From a virus (taxonomy: Duplodnaviria > Caudoviricetes), in IMG/VR virus record IMGVR_UViG_3300033062_002592, positions 32,001 to 96,000 of that record: a stretch of 64,000 nucleotides of DNA; one strand, written 5' to 3'. The notes under the pieces are model-generated. The model saw only the letters and a list, made by a program, of their open reading frames with translations, did not search any database and had not been told where the DNA came from. Shown here piece after piece: positions 56,045 through 64,000 of this stretch. The stretch's first letter is position 1, and each line of letters opens with the position of its first letter. The position numbers and the translations under genes were made by a program.

Positions 56045-58060
56045 TTAAACCTCCGCTCTCCAAAATACTCCCAACGAACCACCTACAGTATGATACACAG
56101 TAATGTTCGTTGCATCTGCTGTATAGCTAAAGTAAGCTGGAATGCTTCCACTCGCAGTTAATGAAATTGTTTTAGGTATTGCAACGCAGCCATGAGCTAT
56201 AGTTCCACCATTTGATATAGAATTATATCCATAATTATCAGTAATATATCCTCTGTTATGTTTTATCATGTTATTGGTACCAACTAAATTCATCACTGTT
56301 CCATTATTTTGGAATATATTATCGTTTATAGTCCAATAGTCAGCAAGATTATTTTGAGTAATACCGTAAGTATTTGAAACAAATATATTTCCTATACAAT
56401 TTACATACATTGAGCCAGTTCCTGTATCCCAACCCGAAAGTCCCACCGTGCTTCCTGAGAAATAGTTATTATTTACTATTGTGTAATTGGCACCATCAGT
56501 AATACCTATTCCAGTGGCATTGTTTAATATTTTGTTTGAATTCAAGTCATTGTTGGACCCACTTCGTAAAAATATTCCTATATTTGAACCTGAAACAATA
56601 TTTCCTTCTACTACCCATTGTTTTCCATAAATCTGTATTCCATAGTATAGAGTATTATATATAATATTATTTGTAAGTAAAACATTGTCAGCATGAAAAT
56701 CTGCTAAATCTCCAATTCCACAAGCCTGAGTTCCAATTGGATTTAAAATTTTGTTATTTGAACAAATGCAATGGTCTGACCTTACTGAAATTCCATAACA
56801 ATCATTATTTACTCTGCCATATTTTTCAATTGTACAATTTGAAATTGTTACATGGGGTGAACCTGAACTTAGATAAACTCCATGCTGAGCAGAGCCACTC
56901 ATATAACATTTATCAATTAAAATGTCTTTAGTTGAACCATATCCGTATGAAGATACGCCAATATAAATGCATCCTTTTGTAATAGTTGAACCACACGATG
57001 TAAAATTACAACTTATCACTTGTGTTCTTTTATTCAAATAAGATAAAACAAGACCAAAATCATATGTATTTGTAATATTAACATCCTGAACTAATGCATC
57101 AGTAGCTCCTGCAAGATATATTCCAGCCGGAATACCAGAAGCTTGTCCACTTGCATTTCCATCTATAAATCCACCTTTTATAGTTATATATGGATCATTA
57201 GATCCTAGATTTGGATTCATAATTACAGGAGCATTTAAGCCCGAATCGGCAACAATTTTTCCATCAATTTCCATAAGTGTATAACTCGGAATTAAAATTG
57301 ATCCTGTTACAATAAAGTTGCCTTTAAGAAAAGCTTTCTCTTGCCAAGTACGACCTGATGTTAAACTATTCAATGCAGCATTAATAACATATGTTGCGCT
57401 GCTACCGCTATAAATTATGCTTCCTGAAGTGCTTTCTGCAAAATATGGACCACCATTGGCTGAACTACTATAAATTATAATATTTGAAGGAAGTTGATTA
57501 TAAAGTACATCCATTGATATGGGCACAGCAGAGCTTGAAATTGTAAGAATCTGTCCAGTTTGACTTACTGTAGTACCACCACTACCTGTGAAATCGACAT
57601 CTCCGAAAAGATTTGTGCTACCGAGAACAGAGTTGCTGTGGACACCAACGTGAACGTGGTCGTCATGGCTTGGAGTGTCTCCACTTCCAGAATACGCCGT
57701 TGATCCAATGTCTTGAGGATTGTTATTACTTAAACTTGGTGAGCCATGAGTGTGGTCGCCTTTGCTATAGTAAGTTGACATTCCAACGTTAGAACTTAAT
57801 CCATAAGTTGTTTCTTCAGTCATTGGACCTGCATATGGACTTGCTGCAGTTAAACCATCAATTTTAATATTTTTACCAGTTTGAGTAAGAGTTATAGCAC
57901 TACCCTGTTCTAATGTAATATCACCAACTACAGCAGCGCTGCCGCTTTTAGCAACTGAAGTCACAAGACTTCCTTGGTAGGCCGCGCCTGATATATTCAT
58001 ACTACCACTTATGTACGGCGCAGATACTAAAGCTGGTGTAAATTTACTCCACGATGACAT
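56045..58060 (-). CDS. Beta-helix (pectate-lyase-like) spike protein
   Basis: DHTH/DHVH fibre motifs, IDGN...Q, repeated I.NN.I strands; shared C-terminal module. Confidence 0.8.
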   Translation of the reverse strand: MSSWSKFTPALVSAPYISGSMNISGAAYQGSLVTSVAKSGSAAVVGDITLEQGSAITLTQTGKNIKIDGLTAASPYAGPMTEETTYGLSSNVGMSTYYSKGDHTHGSPSLSNNNPQDIGSTAYSGSGDTPSHDDHVHVGVHSNSVLGSTNLFGDVDFTGSGGTTVSQTGQILTISSSAVPISMDVLYNQLPSNIIIYSSSANGGPYFAESTSGSIIYSGSSATYVINAALNSLTSGRTWQEKAFLKGNFIVTGSILIPSYTLMEIDGKIVADSGLNAPVIMNPNLGSNDPYITIKGGFIDGNASGQASGIPAGIYLAGATDALVQDVNITNTYDFGLVLSYLNKRTQVISCNFTSCGSTITKGCIYIGVSSYGYGSTKDILIDKCYMSGSAQHGVYLSSGSPHVTISNCTIEKYGRVNNDCYGISVRSDHCICSNNKILNPIGTQACGIGDLADFHADNVLLTNNIIYNTLYYGIQIYGKQWVVEGNIVSGSNIGIFLRSGSNNDLNSNKILNNATGIGITDGANYTIVNNNYFSGSTVGLSGWDTGTGSMYVNCIGNIFVSNTYGITQNNLADYWTINDNIFQNNGTVMNLVGTNNMIKHNRGYITDNYGYNSISNGGTIAHGCVAIPKTISLTASGSIPAYFSYTADATNITVYHTVGGSLGVFWRAEV

Positions 58061-58066
58061 ATTTCA

Positions 58067-60745
58067 TTAAACCTCCGCCTTCCACATACATATTAAATCA
58101 CTTGCGAGTGTAACTGGGATGTTAATCTGGAAAGTTGCACTGCCAGTGTTACTGACCCACCATCGGGTGTCAGCCATTGGATTTACATTAACATAATTTG
58201 GTACTGCTGCAAGACCATGTGTAATAGCACTGCTGGTTTGACCTGCTGTTATGGTTGTTGTCCCAGAATTTTCTGTTTTATATCCAATATTATTAAAAAT
58301 TTTGTTTGTAGCAGCAGCAGTTGATGTATTTGTTATTTGAGCTGTGATATTACCATAAACTTGAACACCTGTTACCAAAGCTGAATCTGTACCACCCCAA
58401 ATTCGTATTCCTCTTGTTTGTGTAGCAACTCCAGTATCATAATATAATCCGCCTATAATACTAATTTTTGATCCTGTCCATAAACTAACACCATCTTGAA
58501 TACCACTTCCAGTTCTACCATTATTTTCTGCTACACAATTTACAAGTGTTTGTGTTGTGGCAAGACTATTTTCACATAACCACCCAGCTTGTTTATTATC
58601 TTGAGCTTCGCAATCTGTATATCTAACACCCGTAGCCTGTCCTATATAAAAACCGGAATATGTACCACCACCTATTCCGCAACCAAACGCTTTACATCCT
58701 ATATAATGTCCATCACTATTAAATACATTAAATCCATTATATATAGCAGCTTCAGCAATACATCCAATAATAATATCATCACTTCCACCCAAACTGAAAG
58801 AATGTTGTCCTGAAGCATTAACATGAATTCTTGAAAGCAAAGATGCTCTTGTATCTCCACTAATATGTATTCCATCAGTTAGTGGTTCATTTATATCTAT
58901 ATCTTCTATTACATGCATACTATCATAAGCTACATAAGGAGTATTAATATAAATAGCATAGCTTGTTCCACTTTGGTTGGATTTGTTTCCATAAATTTGG
59001 AAATTGTTTAATTTGCATTGTATTACTCCAGAACCAGTTATATTAATCACATTACAATTAGAATTATTTAATAGATATATTTCGCTTCCGATACCTTCTC
59101 CACATAAGTGTATTTTTGAACCAGAAATAGATAATGTAGCATTTGTGTAATAAATTCCATTTTTGAGAAATGCTAATCCACCATTAGATACTAATTTACT
59201 CAAAGCAGTTTGTATAGCAATTGTTGCGCTTGAACCACTGTAAGCCACCTGTCCTGTACTTCCGCTTGTAGTATAGTAAAGACCATCTGATCCACTATAA
59301 ACTATGAAAGAAGCTGGAGTTACAATTGTTGTTGAAGGTAATCCTGAATAAGTTGTTGCTGTAAGAGTTGTAAATATAGCACTGTTACCTATATAAGTGC
59401 TACCAGAAATTGTACTACCAGTTATGTAAGATGAATTTATATTTGTAATTGCAGCATTTGAACCTGAAAATAGGCTACCTGTGATATTTGTAGCTGTTAA
59501 AGTCGTTACAAAAGCATTGCTGCCACGAAGTGTGCTTCCGCTTACAGTTCCGCTACCGCTCAAATTCGTAACATACGCATTGGTTATTACGGCAGTTGAG
59601 CCGCTGAAAGTGCTTCCAGAAATCATGCTTCCCGAAACGTTTGTCGCATAAATATTTGTTAGACCAGACAATGCCGATGATAATGCAGTTTGTATTACCT
59701 GTCCAGATTGTGTAACCACTATGTTTGGTGGACTACCAGTTAGATATATTCTGCTGTAAAGTGCCGATGAACCTGAATTTGCTAAACTCAGAACTCCTCT
59801 GTGATAATGGTCTCCATGACTTCCAGATGTTGAAGTTCCAGCTGCCGAAGAACCAGAAACGTCTGTTGGAACCAATTCATATAAACCTGGAGTGCCGTGA
59901 ACATGGTCTGCTCTTGCAAGCATTGTGTTGTCGTCCCCAACAAGAGCCGTTTGACCATAAACATATGAAGATGATACATAATTTGCAAAACTTCCACCGC
60001 CTCCACCACTTCCAGTTGACTGTAATGATAGATTAATTCTATCATTTGCACCGTCATCTGTCATTTGAATTATCATGCCACCGGCATTTGTAATATTCAC
60101 AATCCTTCGAGCAAATGTGGTGGCGCTGCCAGTTTGAATATGCATTGCAGGACCATAATAATCAGCGCCTGTAATGTATCCTGTTACAACTAATCCTGCG
60201 CCAGTTATATATGAAACTGCAGAACCAGTTACAACAAGCTGAGGAATTGTGAGACTGTAATTTGAGAAATCTGTTATTTGACTTTTAGAAATAGTTCCTA
60301 ACAATGAACTGCCGCTGATGCTTCCAGTCACAATCAAGCTGCCGCTTATGCTTGAAGTTCCCGAACCAGTTATGCTTAAAGCATTGTTGATATCTATAAT
60401 TTGATTTTTATAAATTGAAACTGCATCAGTGCTTCCAGAAGTATGTGTGGGACCATGAGAAGCTGGGCTGTGAGTTCTAACAGTCGTTAAATTTAATCCC
60501 GAGAAATAATCTGTATCAACAGCATGGTCAACAACTTTGCTGCCGCTGGTAGCATAATCGGATTTAAGCATGTCACCTAAACCTGTTGCGCTGATTCCTT
60601 GATAGTTGGAACCACTTATAGTTCCGATAACAGTTAAAGTGCCTGTTACAGTTGCACTTCCAGAACTTGAAGAACCTGTTACAACTTTTAAATTTCTACA
60701 TCTAATCTCTCTGTAGGCATCGAGAGTTCCTCTATTATATGGCAT
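58067..60745 (-). CDS. Beta-helix (pectate-lyase-like) spike/fibre protein
   Basis: ARADHVH fibre motif, [S/T]GS-rich stalk, GG..FLKNG.Y, IYGNK.NQ, C-terminal ITHGL...P. Confidence 0.8.
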   Translation of the reverse strand: MPYNRGTLDAYREIRCRNLKVVTGSSSSGSATVTGTLTVIGTISGSNYQGISATGLGDMLKSDYATSGSKVVDHAVDTDYFSGLNLTTVRTHSPASHGPTHTSGSTDAVSIYKNQIIDINNALSITGSGTSSISGSLIVTGSISGSSLLGTISKSQITDFSNYSLTIPQLVVTGSAVSYITGAGLVVTGYITGADYYGPAMHIQTGSATTFARRIVNITNAGGMIIQMTDDGANDRINLSLQSTGSGGGGGSFANYVSSSYVYGQTALVGDDNTMLARADHVHGTPGLYELVPTDVSGSSAAGTSTSGSHGDHYHRGVLSLANSGSSALYSRIYLTGSPPNIVVTQSGQVIQTALSSALSGLTNIYATNVSGSMISGSTFSGSTAVITNAYVTNLSGSGTVSGSTLRGSNAFVTTLTATNITGSLFSGSNAAITNINSSYITGSTISGSTYIGNSAIFTTLTATTYSGLPSTTIVTPASFIVYSGSDGLYYTTSGSTGQVAYSGSSATIAIQTALSKLVSNGGLAFLKNGIYYTNATLSISGSKIHLCGEGIGSEIYLLNNSNCNVINITGSGVIQCKLNNFQIYGNKSNQSGTSYAIYINTPYVAYDSMHVIEDIDINEPLTDGIHISGDTRASLLSRIHVNASGQHSFSLGGSDDIIIGCIAEAAIYNGFNVFNSDGHYIGCKAFGCGIGGGTYSGFYIGQATGVRYTDCEAQDNKQAGWLCENSLATTQTLVNCVAENNGRTGSGIQDGVSLWTGSKISIIGGLYYDTGVATQTRGIRIWGGTDSALVTGVQVYGNITAQITNTSTAAATNKIFNNIGYKTENSGTTTITAGQTSSAITHGLAAVPNYVNVNPMADTRWWVSNTGSATFQINIPVTLASDLICMWKAEV

Positions 60746-60747
60746 TT

Positions 60748-61359
60748 TTAAAAACCAACCCTAAATTTTCCTATTTTAATTTCAAATTTCCGCTCCTGCG
60801 GAATTTTTTCAATTTGAATAAATTTTTCAACTTTTGGAATTTCCTTTTTTAAAAGCATAACTTGAAAACAATCTGAACCAAAAAAGACTTTTTCATTATA
60901 TTTAACTACAACATCCAATGTTGACACCAATTTATTATAATCATGAATCCATGTATTCTGTTTACAGTTACCAACACTTGTGCGGCTTAAATGCGATCCT
61001 ATGTATTCCACCAGCAATATATATTTACTTGAAACGCTGTAGAGTTCATACATGATATCTTTGGCTTTTTCAGGTGGACTATGTGCAAGCACTCCCGATG
61101 AATATACCAATTCAAATTTATTATCTTTATATGGTATTGACGTAGCATCTGCAACTTTAAATGTTCCATCAACATATGTTTTAGCAAAGTTGATTTTATC
61201 TTCATCGCTGTCGATACCATAAAGAGGCGCAAGCCCTTGAAGATACCAAAGCTCTCGCCCGTAGTTGCATCCCGCTTCAAAGATATTTTTAGGATGAAGT
61301 TCTTTAGCAAATTCAATAATGATTGTTGTTTCAGGTGATTTCTCTAAATTATAATTCAT
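60748..61359 (-). CDS. Class I SAM methyltransferase
   Basis: FEAGCNYG, GID, DA..IP.KDN.FELV.S.GVL.H, WIHDY. Confidence 0.85.
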   Translation of the reverse strand: MNYNLEKSPETTIIIEFAKELHPKNIFEAGCNYGRELWYLQGLAPLYGIDSDEDKINFAKTYVDGTFKVADATSIPYKDNKFELVYSSGVLAHSPPEKAKDIMYELYSVSSKYILLVEYIGSHLSRTSVGNCKQNTWIHDYNKLVSTLDVVVKYNEKVFFGSDCFQVMLLKKEIPKVEKFIQIEKIPQERKFEIKIGKFRVGF

Positions 61360-61362
61360 TTA

Positions 61363-61512
61363 TCAACGCTCATTTGAATAACAAGGACTTTTCAATAAAC
61401 AATCACAGCACCACGTAACATAAGTCGCTCCGGGATATGGTATAACCTTTGTCGAATATTTTGTATCATATGTTTCTATAGAAGTCCTTCCGCATCTTTG
61501 GCATGTAACCAT
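61363..61512 (-). CDS. 49-aa Zn-finger microprotein (not in ORF track)
   Basis: MVTCQRCGR...WCCDCLL...; GGAGG RBS upstream. Confidence 0.6.
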   Translation of the reverse strand: MVTCQRCGRTSIETYDTKYSTKVIPYPGATYVTWCCDCLLKSPCYSNER

Positions 61513-61534
61513 TTTTCATCATCCTCCATAATTT

Positions 61535-61894
61535 TTAATATCCTGGCCCATATTGTCCAGGAATATCTTCATCAACATCAAGCGGAGTTGTTTTTGTAGT
61601 TTTCACAATTGCAAAATCCGCTAAATTTCCACTATTATCATAATACCTGATGAAATTCATACATATTGGACACGGTGCCAAATACCAATATGAATCTGTT
61701 GGATTAAATGCTAACACTGTATCCACAGGACCATGACAATGTGGGCATCCTCCATCGCTTTTTCTAATTGGAACTCCATAAGTTTTTGAAGCTTGAATTC
61801 CATCCACGAATAATATTGCAGGAAGCTCCCCTGAACCCGTTAAATGCGCCATATTTGTCACCAAAACTTGACCAATTACTTTTTGGGGCCCCAT
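61535..61894 (-). CDS. Zn-ribbon hypothetical protein
   Basis: CPHC...CPIC. Confidence 0.6.
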   Translation of the reverse strand: MGPQKVIGQVLVTNMAHLTGSGELPAILFVDGIQASKTYGVPIRKSDGGCPHCHGPVDTVLAFNPTDSYWYLAPCPICMNFIRYYDNSGNLADFAIVKTTKTTPLDVDEDIPGQYGPGY

Positions 61895-62082
61895 CTCTGC
61901 GAAACCGGATTAAAATACCTATCATAGCGGCATTTCATGCATCTTGCACGCACAATTCCCTGATTTTCAAGATATGTAAACGTGTATTCATCCGAACCGC
62001 ATATACATCTGGGCGGAGCTGGAACTAAGAATTTTATAGAACCATTAGGATATTTCTGCGGTCTTCCCGGTTTACCTTGCAT
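61876..62082 (-). CDS. Basic Zn-ribbon protein
   Basis: Likely ATG at 62082; KPGRPQK (AT-hook-like), CICG...CMKC. Confidence 0.55.
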   Translation of the reverse strand: MQGKPGRPQKYPNGSIKFLVPAPPRCICGSDEYTFTYLENQGIVRARCMKCRYDRYFNPVSQRWGPKK

Positions 62083-62221
62083 AAATTTCGTCATCCAACC
62101 AAATAAAATTCTCAAGCACAAGTCCACATTTTTTGCAGACAAGTTCTCCAATATGCGTATCAATATATATCGAACTGCCGCTGCTGTCCCAACACATATT
62201 GCATTGAATGCTAAAATCCAC
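62072..62221 (-). CDS. Stand-alone TFB/TFIIB-type zinc-ribbon microprotein (49 aa, not in ORF track)
   Basis: MDFSIQCNMCWDSSGSSIYIDTHIGELVCKKCGLVLENFIWLDDEIYAR; GE.VC..CGLV.E is the TFB Zn-ribbon signature. Confidence 0.7.
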   Translation of the reverse strand: MDFSIQCNMCWDSSGSSIYIDTHIGELVCKKCGLVLENFIWLDDEIYAR

Positions 62222-62226
62222 GTTGT

Positions 62227-63666
62227 CTACCATGTTACCACGCTCATTTCAATCTCCTGTTTTTGTTTATCACTTGCAAGTTTATCTAAAGTTGGGTCAG
62301 AAACCTGAACTATCATAGGATCAAATTCAAACGTAAATTCTTTATAAACTGCAAGCGCAAGCGCCCAGACCATATCATCCATCCCAGCCTCTTCTTTCCC
62401 ACTGTAGCGCGTGTGCAAACCCATTTTAGTTGAAGTTCTCTGAATGCCATGCAGTTGCAGCTCAAGTTTCTCAGCTATAGAGCCCATATCCTTATGGGGC
62501 AAGCCCACTTTAGTTCTCTGCATGAGCATTCTTAATCTAATGATGATATTCTCCTTTACTGTGGAAGTGAGGTCAAACCCCTGAATAACATAGCTTCCAC
62601 AGTATTTTTCATTGCTTAAGATATCCTGCATGGTTTGACCTCCTGGTCCACTGGCGTCTATTTTCACAGCAATTGGATTAAATTCAAGATAAAGCATTCT
62701 GATAATATCAGCCTGCTCATCATAGTTTACTCCCGCCATTTCTTCAATATATAATGTTTTAAAAGTTTCAGGAGCCGTTTCTTCAACTACATAAACTATT
62801 GTTTCGGACGTAGTTTTACCAAAATCAATTCCAAAATAAATCGGATTCTTCGTTTTATATCCGCTTGATATAAATTCTTTGATTTTTTGATTATTCCATA
62901 TCAATTCATAAGGAAAGAATGATAATGATTCATCAATGAATTCGGCGCAGTATTCTTGTTTAAAATCAATATCCGTCATTCCTTCTCTGAGGAACTTTTC
63001 CTGATTAGCTAGACGCGGACATTGCCAATAAATAATTTCATGATAACTCCATGTTGTGTCGAATTTTTGGCCCAACCCTCTGTAAACAACCTGTAGAGGT
63101 TCCGTAATTTCGTAATATCGTCCACGCTTCCCCTTTGGAGTGCTGTTTAACGTAATGTGGCCGCCAATTATCTGGAAGTCTCGCACAACAATCCACAATT
63201 CTCTATCATTGGCAACATGCGCGTACTCATCAACATAAACATCCGTTTCTGGACCTCTCATTCCGAAGCCTCGAATGTTTCCAGGCTCGCTCGATGGCAA
63301 TGACATAATACGTGCGCCATTCGGTAGCGTAGCGGCCTGACGGTTGTGTTCTTTTAAATGCGGCTGTAAAGTTAATGGAAACGTGGCAAGCATATCATAC
63401 CATTTTCCAAGAAGTTCTTCGGCAATGCGCTGTCCCGTAGATACCAATATAATTTGTCGACCGGGATTTGTAAACGATTTATAGATTGCTTCGCCGGCAA
63501 TGGTTGTGCTGATTCCAGTTTTCTTTGATTTGTTGATTGCTCTGTTTCTTGAAGTATCCCGAATGAGATGCTTCTGGTAAGGATCCATAATCCATGGAAT
63601 CATTCCATCGGGAGATTCAAGTTTAATGAAGGATTCTACAAAATTGACGGGATCCAATAAAGTCAA
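62227..63666 (-). CDS. terL: Terminase large subunit
   Basis: KSKKTGIST Walker A, VYVDE Walker B, STPKG, FKQEY, GIDFG and DDMVWALALA nuclease motifs. Confidence 0.95.
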   Translation of the reverse strand: MTLLDPVNFVESFIKLESPDGMIPWIMDPYQKHLIRDTSRNRAINKSKKTGISTTIAGEAIYKSFTNPGRQIILVSTGQRIAEELLGKWYDMLATFPLTLQPHLKEHNRQAATLPNGARIMSLPSSEPGNIRGFGMRGPETDVYVDEYAHVANDRELWIVVRDFQIIGGHITLNSTPKGKRGRYYEITEPLQVVYRGLGQKFDTTWSYHEIIYWQCPRLANQEKFLREGMTDIDFKQEYCAEFIDESLSFFPYELIWNNQKIKEFISSGYKTKNPIYFGIDFGKTTSETIVYVVEETAPETFKTLYIEEMAGVNYDEQADIIRMLYLEFNPIAVKIDASGPGGQTMQDILSNEKYCGSYVIQGFDLTSTVKENIIIRLRMLMQRTKVGLPHKDMGSIAEKLELQLHGIQRTSTKMGLHTRYSGKEEAGMDDMVWALALAVYKEFTFEFDPMIVQVSDPTLDKLASDKQKQEIEMSVVTW

Positions 63667-63689
63667 TAAGAGATCCTTATCTAATGCTT

Positions 63690-64000
63690 CTATAAAGCAA
63701 TCCCTCCTTGGTCAAGCATGAAGCTTTCATTTGAACCAAGATTTATAGAGTAAAACATTGCTGCAAGAAGTCCCGTTGTTTTTGAAAATACTTGGAATAA
63801 TTGTTCCGTATAATTTATATAAATACTTAATTTGGGTGTTATTGTTATAAATTGATCCGAATATTTCATCAGCTTTGGCATGGATTTTATTACTAAATCT
63901 TTGTTTACCAGCATTCTTGGTAAAACATCTATGAATTTTTCAAAAGTTGCTGTAAACTGCGGCAAAAATCTGATTGTTTCATCTTTAAGATTTGAAAACC
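63690..64000 (-). CDS. 3' end of a second 15-aa-repeat protein (partial)
   Basis: Frame is open to the window edge (FSNLKDETIRFLPQF...); same D..IK..P.L repeat as the 2227-aa protein. Confidence 0.7.
   Translation of the reverse strand, partial: FSNLKDETIRFLPQFTATFEKFIDVLPRMLVNKDLVIKSMPKLMKYSDQFITITPKLSIYINYTEQLFQVFSKTTGLLAAMFYSINLGSNESFMLDQGGIAL

Noticed and set aside
52936-60745. Diversity-generating retroelement acting on spike C-termini
   Set aside because: No reverse transcriptase in the window, and the similar C-termini are both coding and differ at all base types, not only adenines.
61876-62163. Track start at 62163 for the Zn-ribbon ORF (likewise 361, 14914, 34102, 47617, 48613)
   Set aside because: These extensions overlap better-supported genes or elements; downstream ATGs with RBS or stop-start coupling fit better.
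1-64000. tRNA/rRNA genes or stop-codon recoding
   Set aside because: Intergenic gaps are tiny or explained by micro-ORFs; all three stops end genes normally and conserved genes are uninterrupted.

Overview
This 64-kb window is most of the genome of a tailed (HK97-fold, Caudoviricetes) virus of an anaerobic archaeon, probably TACK/Bathyarchaeia-like. Host clues are PCNA, an archaeo-eukaryotic primase, a TFB-type Zn ribbon, a DUF2153-like gene, a Bathyarchaeia-style dockerin, GGAGGTGA ribosome-binding sites and class III RNR. It has two convergent arms meeting at 28285-28300. The + arm (1-28300) encodes a replisome (PCNA, PolB, fused primase, MCM-like helicase, nucleases), nucleotide metabolism (NrdD, dimeric dUTPase), a PLP enzyme and an odd DNA methyltransferase. 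It also carries a glycan-building gene set: 7 glycosyltransferases, CDP-glucose 4,6-dehydratase, a YerE-like ThDP enzyme, 2 SDRs and 4 methyltransferases. The - arm (28285-64000) encodes terminase, four fibre/spike paralogues, portal, protease/scaffold, capsid, a 2227-aa repeat protein, neck proteins and a short non-contractile tail. Best candidate for a new system: almost every surface-exposed virion protein is studded with a [S/T]-G-S tripeptide that is nearly absent from the enzymes, portal, terminase, scaffold and tape measure. This suggests a sequon read by the virus's own glycosylation machinery. Other highlights are a JAB/JAMM metalloprotease carrying a copy of the major capsid protein N-terminal peptide, a virion dockerin, an unannotated -1 frameshift tail chaperone, an ATT-initiated tail tube gene and a stand-alone TFB Zn-ribbon micro-gene. 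All family calls are from motif recognition by eye; no searches were run.
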